Shown here one piece after another: positions 19,858 through 28,992 of a stretch of DNA of 64,000 bases; positions within the stretch are counted from its first letter, which is position 1; every line of letters begins with the position of its first letter. A program made the position numbers and the translations under genes. This DNA is from an uncultured Verrucomicrobiae bacterium. Its GTDB lineage: Bacteria; Verrucomicrobiota; Verrucomicrobiia; Chthoniobacterales; UBA10450. The notes under the pieces are model-generated. The model ran no database searches. It saw only the letters and a list, made by a program, of their open reading frames with translations, and was not told the DNA's origin. The DNA lies in the NCBI GenBank assembly GCA_963726745.1, contig CAVSDR010000006.1, positions 832,001-896,000 of the forward strand. The letters run 5' to 3'.

Positions 19858-22032
19858 CTACGGGACGAGGCTCGCGAGGAAGGCGCGGAAAGCCGCCGGA
19901 TCCTTCAGCCGATAGCGCGCGCGCGACGGCGCGGAGCCGATTTTAAGCGTGAGAAAATTCGGCAGCTCGAGCTCGAACATGCTCTCGTCCGTCTGGTCGT
20001 CGCCCGCGCAAAAGACGAGGCCGTAGCGATGCTCGTGCAGCAGTCGGCGCATGGCCACGCCCTTGGAAACTTCCGCCGAGGTTACCTCCACGATCTTGCG
20101 GCCCTGGCGAATCTTCACCGGCTCGTTCGCCATCATCGTCCCGAGCTCATGCAGAAGTTGGTTCGCTTTCCAGGTGCCAAACTCCGGATCGGTCTTGCGA
20201 TAATGCCAGACGAGCGAAGTCCGTTTTTCCTCCACGAAACTCCCCGGCGTCGACTGCTCGTAGAGCCGGAGGAGGCCGCGAATCTCTTCCTTCCAGCCGT
20301 AGGTCACGTCGCGATCCCAATGTTCCCAATCGCTCGCGCCTGGACGCCAGATTGCGGCGCCGTGCTCGGCCACAAGCGTGAAGTCCGTCGGATGAAAAAA
20401 GGACTGCAAGTCCTCCCGGCTCCGACCGCTAATGATGATGACGTCTATTTTCGGATGCGCCCCGAGCCGCTCGAGTAACGCGCGGATTTCCTCCGTTGGC
20501 CGCGCGCTCCGCGGATCGGTCACGATCTCCCGCAGCGTCCCGTCGTAATCCAGGAAGAGCGCCAGCCGCTCGCCTTTTTCCAGCGCGCCCTGCATGAGCG
20601 CGAGCGCTTCCGCCGGCTCGCTCGCGCCCACGTTTTCCGCGGGATCGAGCGCGCGCAGCTGCTCGATGAAAGCCCGCGCCCAATGCTGCGCGTCATATTT
20701 CATCACCCGCGCACGCATCGGCTCGTTCGCCGCGCGGCGTTCTTCTTCCGGCAGCGCGAGCGCCTCGGCCAGGCTCTGCGCGACTGCGCGCGGGTCGTAC
20801 GGATTAACCAGCCACGCGTTTGAAAGTTCCTCGGCGGCGCCGGCAAATTCACTCAGGATGAGCACGCCGGGATCGTCCGTCTGGCAGGCGATATACTCCT
20901 TCGCGACCAGGTTCATCCCGTCGATTAACGGCGTCACCAGGCCCACATCCGCGATCGCATAAAGCGCGCAGAGATCGGTGAAATTCACCGAGCCATGGAT
21001 GAAGCGAATCGGGCTGCTGTTGAGCGTGGCGAAGGCGCCGTTGATCCGGCCGACGCGCGCTTCCGTCTCCGCGCGCAGGTCCTTGTATTCCTCCACGCCT
21101 TCGCGCGACGGCACGCTCACAAAGATGAACTTCATCCCGTCGCGTTCTTCCCGTGGGAGGTCGGTGAGGAAATGCTCGATCGCATCCAGCCGATGCAGGA
21201 TGCCCTTGGTGTAATCCATCCGCTCGACCGAAAGGACCACGCGCTTGGAGGCATTCGTCTGGCAGAAATGCTCGCGCCGTTCGGCGAACTCCGTCGAGGC
21301 GAGCTCGCGCTCAAATTTTCCGGCATTGATCCCGATGGGAAAAACGCCCATCGCGGTCACGTGGCCGTCATCGTTCCGGATGCGGGTAATCTCTGATTCC
21401 AACCCGAGCAGACGCAGGACGGTGCTGCGAAAATGCCGCATGTAACCGAAGGTGTGAAAGCCGACCAAGTTCGCGCCCAACATCCCTGCGAGCAGCTCGC
21501 GGCGTTTTGGATGGCACCGGAAAGTTTCGTAGGACGGAAATGGCGTATGGAGGAAGAAGCCGATCCGCAGCCGCGGCGAACGCGCGCGCAGCAGCGCCGG
21601 CAGCAACATGAGTTGGTAATCATGCACCCAAACGAGGTCGTCGGGCTTCGCCAGCTCGAGCACCTTCTCGGCGAAGCGCTCGTTTACCTGCGCATAGGTG
21701 TCCCACCAGGCCGGGTCGTAGCGCATGAAGTTCGGCATGTAATGAAGCAGCGGCCAGATGCTCGAGTTCGAGAAGCCCTCGTAATGCCCCGCGACCTCCC
21801 CTTCCGAGAGGAAAACCGGCAGGCAGCCGTGCTCGCGCTCCAGCACTTCGGCGACGCGCTTTTGCTCCGCCGCTTCCTCGATCGCCTGGCCCGGCCAGCC
21901 GAGCCACTTGAGCGCGTATTCCTCGGTCGAAAGACCCTCGAGCGCTGCCACCAGGCCGCCGGAGGATTTGGTGATCTGGTCGCCTACGGTCACAGGCAGG
22001 CGATTGGAAACGTTGATCAGCGTGGTCGGCAT
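19858..22032 (-). CDS. otsAB: bifunctional trehalose-6-phosphate synthase/phosphatase
   Basis: VSNRLP, SSGGLV, WVHDYQL, FFLHTPFP, DGMNLVAKEY, SEFAGAA; HAD domain DYDGTL and GDDQTDE. Confidence 0.95.
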   Translation of the reverse strand: MPTTLINVSNRLPVTVGDQITKSSGGLVAALEGLSTEEYALKWLGWPGQAIEEAAEQKRVAEVLEREHGCLPVFLSEGEVAGHYEGFSNSSIWPLLHYMPNFMRYDPAWWDTYAQVNERFAEKVLELAKPDDLVWVHDYQLMLLPALLRARSPRLRIGFFLHTPFPSYETFRCHPKRRELLAGMLGANLVGFHTFGYMRHFRSTVLRLLGLESEITRIRNDDGHVTAMGVFPIGINAGKFERELASTEFAERREHFCQTNASKRVVLSVERMDYTKGILHRLDAIEHFLTDLPREERDGMKFIFVSVPSREGVEEYKDLRAETEARVGRINGAFATLNSSPIRFIHGSVNFTDLCALYAIADVGLVTPLIDGMNLVAKEYIACQTDDPGVLILSEFAGAAEELSNAWLVNPYDPRAVAQSLAEALALPEEERRAANEPMRARVMKYDAQHWARAFIEQLRALDPAENVGASEPAEALALMQGALEKGERLALFLDYDGTLREIVTDPRSARPTEEIRALLERLGAHPKIDVIIISGRSREDLQSFFHPTDFTLVAEHGAAIWRPGASDWEHWDRDVTYGWKEEIRGLLRLYEQSTPGSFVEEKRTSLVWHYRKTDPEFGTWKANQLLHELGTMMANEPVKIRQGRKIVEVTSAEVSKGVAMRRLLHEHRYGLVFCAGDDQTDESMFELELPNFLTLKIGSAPSRARYRLKDPAAFRAFLASLVP

Positions 22033-22136
22033 GCGTGCTTTCAGTTGAGGCCAGATTCGCGCGCGAGGCAATGCGCGGCCCGCGCAGCCGGCACCTTGAC
22101 GACGGCACCCTCCTTACGCACCCTCCCAGCCTGAGA

Positions 22137-24113
22137 ATGCGCTCCCATCAACTTGGAAACCGCCTTCCCGCCCTAACGAGTGCATTTGCGGCGTTGCTTC
22201 TCGGCCTCGCCGCGGCGCCGGCGCAGGACGCCTTGCCCACGCGTTTGGGCCAGCCTCCGTCCGCCACTTCGCAGTCCCCGCGGGAGTTGAAAAAGCTCTC
22301 GCTCGAGGAGTTGGTGGATGTGGAGATTACCTCCGCCTCGCGCCGGCCGGGGCTGCTCTCGCAAGCGGCGAGCGCGATCGATGTGGTCACGGCCGAGACC
22401 ATCCGCCGCTCTGGCGTGACCAGCCTGCCGGATGCCCTCCGCCTCGCGGCCGGCGTGCAGGTGGCGCAGATCGACGGCCACAGCTGGGCGATCTCGGCCC
22501 GCGGTTTCAACCTCGGCACCGCGAACAAGCTCCAGGTCTTGATGGATGGCCGGAGCCTCTACACGCCGCTTTACTCCGGCGTTTTCTGGGACGTGCAGCA
22601 GACCTTTCTCCCGGACCTCGAGCAGATCGAAGTGATCCGCGGGCCCGGCGCGACGCTGTGGGGCGCGAATGCAGTCAACGGCGTAATCAACATCCGCTCG
22701 AAGAACGCGAAGGACACGCAAGGCTTCCTGGTCGATACCGCAGGCGGCGAGGAGCTCGGCTACGCCGGCGTCCGCTACGGTGGAAAAATAGGCAGCAACA
22801 CGTTCTACCGCGCCTGGGTGATGCATACGCGGCGCGATGAGCTTTCGCTCGCGGATGGGAGCGGCGCAGGCGATGCGACCGATTTCACCAAAGGTGGCTT
22901 CCGGATCGATTCCACTGTTGGCGTGGACGACGCTCTAACCCTCCAGGGCGATGGCTACGGCGGAAGCTTTGGCCAGCACAACGCGGGCGACATCAGCGTG
23001 GATGGCGGCAACGTCCTGGCCCGTTGGACGCACGAGCTCGCGGCCGATTCCAACCTCACCGTCCAGACCTACTACGACCGGACGCATCGCCTCATCCCGG
23101 CGCTCTTCGAAGAGGAGCGGAACACCTTCGACCTCGAGCTCGAGGGACGCCGCGTCTTTAACCGGCACGACTTTGTCTACGGGGCGAACTACCGCCTCTC
23201 CGCGGACGAGATCGGCAATCTCGGGCCGCAGTTTGCCTTCCTCCCGGACGACCGCACGGTCCACCTCGTCAGCGGCTACCTGCAGGATGAGTGGCACGTA
23301 GTCCCGCGGCGCTTCTCGTTAGGCCTGGGCTCGAAGTTCGAGTGGAATAGCTTTAGCGGCTTCGAGCTGCAGCCGAGCGGGCGCTTCATCTGGACGCCGT
23401 CGAATACGCAAAGCCTCTGGGGCGCGATCTCGCGCGCGGTGCGCACGCCCACGCGGATCGACCAGGATATTTTCGCGCCCAATCCCAGCACGGGCAGCGC
23501 CTTCAGTTTCGTGGGCAACCGCGGTTTCCGTTCGGAAGTGGTCGTGGCCTACGAGCTCGGCTACCGGGTGGAACCGACGCCGCGGCTGGCCTTCGACCTC
23601 GCCACTTATTACAACGAATACGACAACCTCCGCAGCATCGAACCGCGGGGCGGACCGGGGACGCCCCTGCGTTTTGACAACAAGATCGAAGGCAGCTCCT
23701 ACGGCGCGACCTTGAGCACGCACTGGCGCGTAACCGATGGCTGGCGTTTAGACGGCAACTTCAGCGCGCTCCATCTCGATCTCCACGGCGCGCCCGGCTC
23801 GCTCGATCCCGCGAAGGGCCGGGCCAACGGGAACGATCCCGACTTCTTCTTCACCGTGCGCTCGTCGCTCGACCTGCCGTGGCACCTGCAGTTCGACACC
23901 GTGGTGCGCTACGTCAGCGACCTGCCACAGCCGGCGACCCCGGCGTACACCGCGCTCGACCTCCGCCTCGCCTGGAAGCCGCGTCCGAATTTCGAGGTCG
24001 CGCTCGTGGGCCGCAATTTGCTCGATCCACAGCACCCGGAATTTGCCAGCGCCACGGCGGTCACGCGCGAGGTCGACCGGAGCGTCTTTGCCACTCTGAA
24101 ATGGACCTACTAA
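22137..24113 (+). CDS. TonB-dependent receptor (signalling-associated type)
   Basis: LSLEELVDVEITSASR, ISARGFN, LMDGRSLYTP, IEVIRGPGATLWGANAVNGVINI; ends in aromatic WTY. Confidence 0.92.
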   Translation: MRSHQLGNRLPALTSAFAALLLGLAAAPAQDALPTRLGQPPSATSQSPRELKKLSLEELVDVEITSASRRPGLLSQAASAIDVVTAETIRRSGVTSLPDALRLAAGVQVAQIDGHSWAISARGFNLGTANKLQVLMDGRSLYTPLYSGVFWDVQQTFLPDLEQIEVIRGPGATLWGANAVNGVINIRSKNAKDTQGFLVDTAGGEELGYAGVRYGGKIGSNTFYRAWVMHTRRDELSLADGSGAGDATDFTKGGFRIDSTVGVDDALTLQGDGYGGSFGQHNAGDISVDGGNVLARWTHELAADSNLTVQTYYDRTHRLIPALFEEERNTFDLELEGRRVFNRHDFVYGANYRLSADEIGNLGPQFAFLPDDRTVHLVSGYLQDEWHVVPRRFSLGLGSKFEWNSFSGFELQPSGRFIWTPSNTQSLWGAISRAVRTPTRIDQDIFAPNPSTGSAFSFVGNRGFRSEVVVAYELGYRVEPTPRLAFDLATYYNEYDNLRSIEPRGGPGTPLRFDNKIEGSSYGATLSTHWRVTDGWRLDGNFSALHLDLHGAPGSLDPAKGRANGNDPDFFFTVRSSLDLPWHLQFDTVVRYVSDLPQPATPAYTALDLRLAWKPRPNFEVALVGRNLLDPQHPEFASATAVTREVDRSVFATLKWTY

Positions 24114-24646
24114 GGCGGAGCCGGGCGGTCCTGGCGCTGCTGGCCGCGGCGCTCCTTTGCGCGCCCGCGCCGGCCCGCGCGGCCCAGCCTAACGAGTATG
24201 CGCTCAAGGCGGTCTTTCTCTACAATTTCTGCCGCTTCATCGACTGGCCGGACGCGGCTTTCAGCTCTCCGACCGATCCGTTGGTCATCGGCGTGCTCGG
24301 CGAGAATCCCTTCGGCACGCTGCTCGAGGAAGCGGTCAGCGATGAGACTTTTCGCGGCCGCAACATCCGCATCGAGAGCTACCGCAGCGCGCGCGAGATC
24401 GGCCGCTGCCAGTTACTCTTTGTCAGCGCCTCGGAAAGCGCGCGCCTGCCCGAGACCCTGGCCGCGGTCGCCGGGCGGAGCGTGGTGACCGTGGGCGAGA
24501 CGGAAAACTTCGTGGAGCACGGCGGGATGATCGCGCTGGTCGCGGATCGCAATCGCGTGCGGCTCCTGATTAACCCGGGCCTGCTGAGGGCCGCCCGCCT
24601 GGAGGTGAGCTCGAAGCTCCTCCGGGTCGCGGAGATCGTTCGTTAG
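24101..24646 (+). CDS. YfiR family (DUF4154) periplasmic protein
   Basis: EYALKAVFLYNFCRFIDWP, IGVLGENPF, CQLLFV, GGMI, SSKLLRVA. Confidence 0.9.
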   Translation: MDLLRRSRAVLALLAAALLCAPAPARAAQPNEYALKAVFLYNFCRFIDWPDAAFSSPTDPLVIGVLGENPFGTLLEEAVSDETFRGRNIRIESYRSAREIGRCQLLFVSASESARLPETLAAVAGRSVVTVGETENFVEHGGMIALVADRNRVRLLINPGLLRAARLEVSSKLLRVAEIVR

Positions 24647-24649
24647 GCC

Positions 24650-26960
24650 ATGGACCTGCGCCTGCGGAACAAGCCGATCCAGCAAAAGCTCACGCTGGTG
24701 ATTTTGCTCACGAGCAGCTTTGCCCTGCTGCTTATGGGGACGGCTTTGATCACTTATGAGGTGGTCACTTTCCGGCGCTCGCTCACGGTGAACTTGAGCG
24801 TGCTCGCGCAGATCATCGGCTCGAACAGCACCGCGGCGCTCGCCTTTGAAGATCAAAAGAACGCGCGCGAAATCCTGAGCGCGCTGACCGCGGAACGGCA
24901 GGTGAGCGCAGCCGCGATCTACGACCAGCGGGGCCAGATCTTCGCCAGTTTCCCGGAGAACCGCGACCGGGCGGAATTCCCCGCGCGGCCAGAGAATGAC
25001 GGCTATTTTTTCGCGGGCTCGCACTTGAGCATGTTCCAGCCGATCCGGCTGGAACAGCAACGCCTCGGGACGATCTATGTGCGGGCGGAGCTGCGGGAAA
25101 TGTATTCGCGGCTTCTGGTCTACGCTGTTCTCCTTTTATTCGTGGCCGGGTGTTCCTTCCTCGGCGCGCTCCTGCTCTCGCGCGTGCTCCAGCGCCACAT
25201 CTCCGCGCCCATCCTCGCACTCGCGAAAGTGGCGACCGCGGTCTCGGAGCGGCAGGATTATTCCGTGCGTGCCGTCAGCCACGGGACCGATGAGCTGGGG
25301 CAATTAACCACCGCTTTCAATCAAATGCTCACCCGCATCGGCGAGAGCAACGCCGCCCTCACCCGCAGCGAAGAACGCCTGCGGCTCGCGCTCGAAGGTT
25401 CGCAAACCGGCACCTGGGATTGGAACATTCTCACCGGGCGCGTGACCTGGGATGAATTCATGTATCCGCTTTACGGGCGCGGGCCGGAGGAATTTACCGG
25501 CATGGCCGGCAACGCCCTGCGCTATGCGCATCCCGACGATGGCGCGCGCATCGAGCAGGCGACGCGCGTGGCGGTGGAGCAGAAGCTCGACCTCGACATT
25601 GGCTTTCGCATCATCCTGCCGGATGGCTCCATCCGCCACATGGTCTCGCGCGGCCGGCCGTTCTACGACGACGAGGGACGCCCCGTGCGGATGGCCGGGG
25701 TGAGCCTGGACGTGACCCAAAGCAAGGAAGCGGAGGAGGAGTTGAGCCGCGCGAAAGAAGCCGCGGAAGCCGCGAGCAAGGCGAAGGATCACTTCCTCGC
25801 GATCCTGAGCCACGAGCTGCGCACGCCTTTGACGCCGGTGCTGGCCACCGTGGCCGCACTTCAGGATGACGAAAACCTGCCGGAGCCACATCGCGCGCGA
25901 ATTGGAAATGATCCGGCGAAACGTGGAAGTGGAAGCGCGCCTGATCGACGACTTGTTAGACCTGACCGGCGTGGCCCGTGGCAAACTGGAGCTGCATCGC
26001 CGGCCGACTGATGTGCGCCCGCTCCTGGAGCACGCGCTGCAGAACTACTGCGCGGGCGCGGCCCGGACGAAAAACCTCCGCGTTTCGATGGAAGTGACCG
26101 CGGCGGAGACGCACGTGCTCGGCGACAGCTCGCGGCTGACCCAGGTGTTTTGGAACCTGCTGCAAAACGCCTGCAAGTTTACCCCTGCCGGCGGGACGAT
26201 CGACATCCGCGTTTTTAACGAGCCGCAAATCATCGCCGGCACGAGCGAGGACGGGACCGACACCTCGGCGGAAGTGACCGACCTGGTGGTGCTGGTGAGC
26301 GACAGCGGCATCGGCATTGGCGAAGAAGACATGCCGCGCATCTTCAACGCCTTCGAGCAGGGCGAACGTTCGCGCACCCGCATCTTCGGCGGGCTGGGAT
26401 TGGGCCTGGCGATCAGCCGCGCGATCGTGGAATTACACGGCGGGATCATCACCGCGCGGAGCGATGGCCCGGGCAAAGGCACCCAGATTACCATCCGGCT
26501 GGCGACCGTGCCCGAGCGGGCCGAGGCCGCGCCGAGTCCGGACCAAGGCCATGCCGCTGCCGCCCAGGACCGGGCGTTGCGCATTCTCCTGGTGGAGGAT
26601 CATCCGGATACCGCGCAGCAATTGAGCCGGCTCTTGCAGCGCTCCGGTCACACCGTGACCTGCGCCGGGAGCCTGGCGGAAGCGCAAGCGGCGATGGACG
26701 CGGCCGGCAAGGAGCGCGCGGCTTGCCCCTTCGATCTTTTAATCAGCGACCTGGGCCTGCCGGATGGCAATGGCCAGGAGCTGATGCGCGACCTCGGCGC
26801 CTGTCTTGGGCTCCCGGGCATTGCCTTGAGCGGATTTGGAATGAAGGAAGACATCGCCGCCAGTCTCGCGGCCGGCTTCGCCCGGCACCTGACGAAGCCG
26901 GTCGACTGGCAGGAATTAAAGACGGTCATCCGCGAGCTCGCGGCCCGCCTTCCGGCCTAA
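24650..26960 (+). CDS. hybrid sensor histidine kinase (periplasmic sensor, HAMP, PAS, HisKA, HATPase, REC); frameshift near 25885
   Basis: DELGQLTTAFNQM (HAMP), GTWDWNI/HPDD (PAS), SHELRTPLTP, then next frame LIDDLLD, NLLQNACKFT, GLGLGLAI, ILLVEDH, SDLGLPDG. Confidence 0.9.
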
Positions 26961-26989
26961 CGAGTTGACGGCAAAGTTAGAATGCGCGG

Positions 26990-27382
26990 ATGAAGACGCG
27001 CTTTTTTGATCACATCGATCTGCGGGTGAAGGATCGCGCCCGCGCGCAGAAATTCTACGCGCAAGTGCTCCCGGCGCTTGGGTTCACCCGTGACCTGAGC
27101 GACCAGGAGTGGGGCAATTTCACCGTCCCGGGCGAAGGGAAGCACGAGTTCTTCGGCTTCACCGAAGACAGGAGTCACCAGCCCAACGGCACTCGCATTT
27201 CCTTCTGGGCGGACACGCCAGCGGAGGTCGACCAGGTGGCCGAGGTGGTGCGGCAGGCCGGCGGGCGCGCGCTGGAAGGGCCGGAACTTTGCCGGGATTA
27301 CACGCCGAATTACTACGCCTTTTTCTTCGAGGATCCGGATGGCAACAAGCTCGAGGTTTGCTGCCGCACGCCGGCGGATTGA
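26990..27382 (+). CDS. VOC/glyoxalase family protein
   Basis: DHIDLRV..FY...LG, YYAFFFEDPDGNKLEVC. Confidence 0.9.
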   Translation: MKTRFFDHIDLRVKDRARAQKFYAQVLPALGFTRDLSDQEWGNFTVPGEGKHEFFGFTEDRSHQPNGTRISFWADTPAEVDQVAEVVRQAGGRALEGPELCRDYTPNYYAFFFEDPDGNKLEVCCRTPAD

Positions 27383-27957
27383 GGCCCGGCGACGATGCCA
27401 AGGGCGCGCAGCAGCTCGGTCGTCTCGGCCATCGGCAGGCCGATGACGTTGGTCCGCGAACCGGAAATTTCGGCGATGATCTCGCTGCCTGTTTCCTGCG
27501 CGGCGTAAGCCCCGGCCTTGTCCAGCGGCTCCACTTTCTCCAGGTAACGCTCGATCTCCTGCTCGCCCCATGCGTGGAAACGCACCTGCGAAACCACGCC
27601 GCGGCTGTGCCGTGGCCCATTGGTCCCGTGGCAGGCGAAGACCGCAGTGTGGACCTGGTGGGTGCGTCCGCAAAGGCGGCGGAGAATGCGCCGGGCATCG
27701 TCCAGGTCCACCGGCTTGCCGATCACCTCGCCCTCGAGCGAAACCAGGGTATCCGCTCCCAGCACGACGGCTTGCGGTTCCTGCAGGGCAATCTCGAGCG
27801 CCTTGCGGGTGGCATTGAAAAACGTCAATTCGCGCGCACTGAAGTCGCTGCTCTCGATCTCCGGCGCGGCCGGCCGGTGCACGGCGAACCGGAACCCGGC
27901 CGCGGCCAGCAAATCGCGGCGACGCGGCGAACTGGAGGCAAGGATGAGCGAGGCCAT
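27313..27957 (-). CDS. maf: Maf family nucleoside triphosphate pyrophosphatase
   Basis: LILASSSPRRRDLL, GADTLV, GKP, DKAGAY, NVIGLP; 3' end overlaps the convergent VOC gene by about 70 bp. Confidence 0.9.
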   Translation of the reverse strand: MASLILASSSPRRRDLLAAAGFRFAVHRPAAPEIESSDFSARELTFFNATRKALEIALQEPQAVVLGADTLVSLEGEVIGKPVDLDDARRILRRLCGRTHQVHTAVFACHGTNGPRHSRGVVSQVRFHAWGEQEIERYLEKVEPLDKAGAYAAQETGSEIIAEISGSRTNVIGLPMAETTELLRALGIVAGPQSAGVRQQTSSLLPSGSSKKKA

Positions 27958-28031
27958 ACTCTCTCTTCGGATGTCACGGAGAAAAAGAGCTTGGCAGCCT
28001 CTGGAGGGCGCGGCAGCTTTGAGCCCATTCT

Positions 28032-28102
28032 GCGGGTGTAGCTTAATGGTAAAGCTGTAGCCTTCCAAGCTACTGACGAGGGTTCGATTCCCTTCACCCG
28101 CT
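28032..28102 (+). tRNA. tRNA-Gly (anticodon TCC), CCA not encoded
   Basis: gcgggtg/cacccgc acceptor stem, gtagc-cTTCCaa-gctac anticodon arm, GGTTCGATTCC T-arm. Confidence 0.95.
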
Positions 28103-28191
28103 TTCCCCTTTTTCCGAAAATTGTGTTGACCGTGGCAGAGTTACAGCTTTAGAAAGCACGAGTTTCGAAACGCAGCTTCCATCCGCTTCCT

Positions 28192-28887
28192 ATGAAAAAA
28201 TCGCTCTCCGGTTCCCTTCGCCATCACTCCGCCTCCTGGCTGCGGTCCAGCGCTGCGGCCATTTTGGGTCTGGCACTGGGGACATCGCTCTGGATGGCGA
28301 CCGCCCCGGCGGCCCGCGCACAGGGAAATAATCCCAGCGCGCTGATCGAAAAATCGCTCCCGCAAGGCCAGACGCTGGCGAACGCAAGCAAGGCCGATCT
28401 CCTTTCCGCGATCTGCTCGGCGGTGCAAAAAAATCCCAAGGCCGCGCCGCAGATCGTGCGCGTGGCGGTGACCGCCCGTCCTGAACTGGCGAAGGATATT
28501 CTCCGCACCGCGTTCCGTTGTGCCGGCTCGAGCGATTGCTCGCTCCTCGGCCGCATCCTCCGCGGGGCGATTGCCGGCGCGCCGGATCAATCGAGCGCGC
28601 TGACCAGCCTGGCGATTGAGCTTTCGCCGGATTGCTCCGGCTCTTTCCAACCCGGCGGCGGCGGTGGTAGTGGAGACGATGGCGGCAATTACGGCAACGC
28701 TCCCGGGAACCAGAATCCTCCTCCGGGAACGATCGGTGGCGGCGGTGGTGGCCAGGGCACCGTGGTCGCGGTTTGCTTCGCAGGCACCACCCGCTTCCTC
28801 TCGCCGCAGGCGGCCGAGGACTTCCTCCGGAATAACCCCGGCGCCAAGGTGGGGCCTTGCGTGGTTACCCCGGTGACGAACCAGTAA
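28192..28887 (+). CDS. secreted hypothetical protein with helical Cys-containing N-domain, Gly-rich linker and small C-terminal C..GPC domain
   Basis: Signal peptide ending ARA-Q; GC-typical codon usage; followed by terminator. Confidence 0.75.
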   Translation: MKKSLSGSLRHHSASWLRSSAAAILGLALGTSLWMATAPAARAQGNNPSALIEKSLPQGQTLANASKADLLSAICSAVQKNPKAAPQIVRVAVTARPELAKDILRTAFRCAGSSDCSLLGRILRGAIAGAPDQSSALTSLAIELSPDCSGSFQPGGGGGSGDDGGNYGNAPGNQNPPPGTIGGGGGGQGTVVAVCFAGTTRFLSPQAAEDFLRNNPGAKVGPCVVTPVTNQ

Positions 28888-28911
28888 TCGCCTTTAAAGA
28901 GTTTCACGAAG

Positions 28912-28948
28912 AGCCGTTGCGAGATCCTCGCAACGGCTTTTCTTTTTT
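28912..28948 (+). terminator. Rho-independent terminator
   Basis: agccgttgcgag-atc-ctcgcaacggct 12-bp stem followed by tttctttttt. Confidence 0.85.
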
Positions 28949-28992
28949 CCGCACTGGCGGGCGGGCCGGCGCGCGCGTAAATCCATTGCCCG

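Noticed and set aside
28032..28190. tRNA-Gly as the integration site of an island
   Set aside because: No integrase and no duplicated tRNA 3' end seen in the window.
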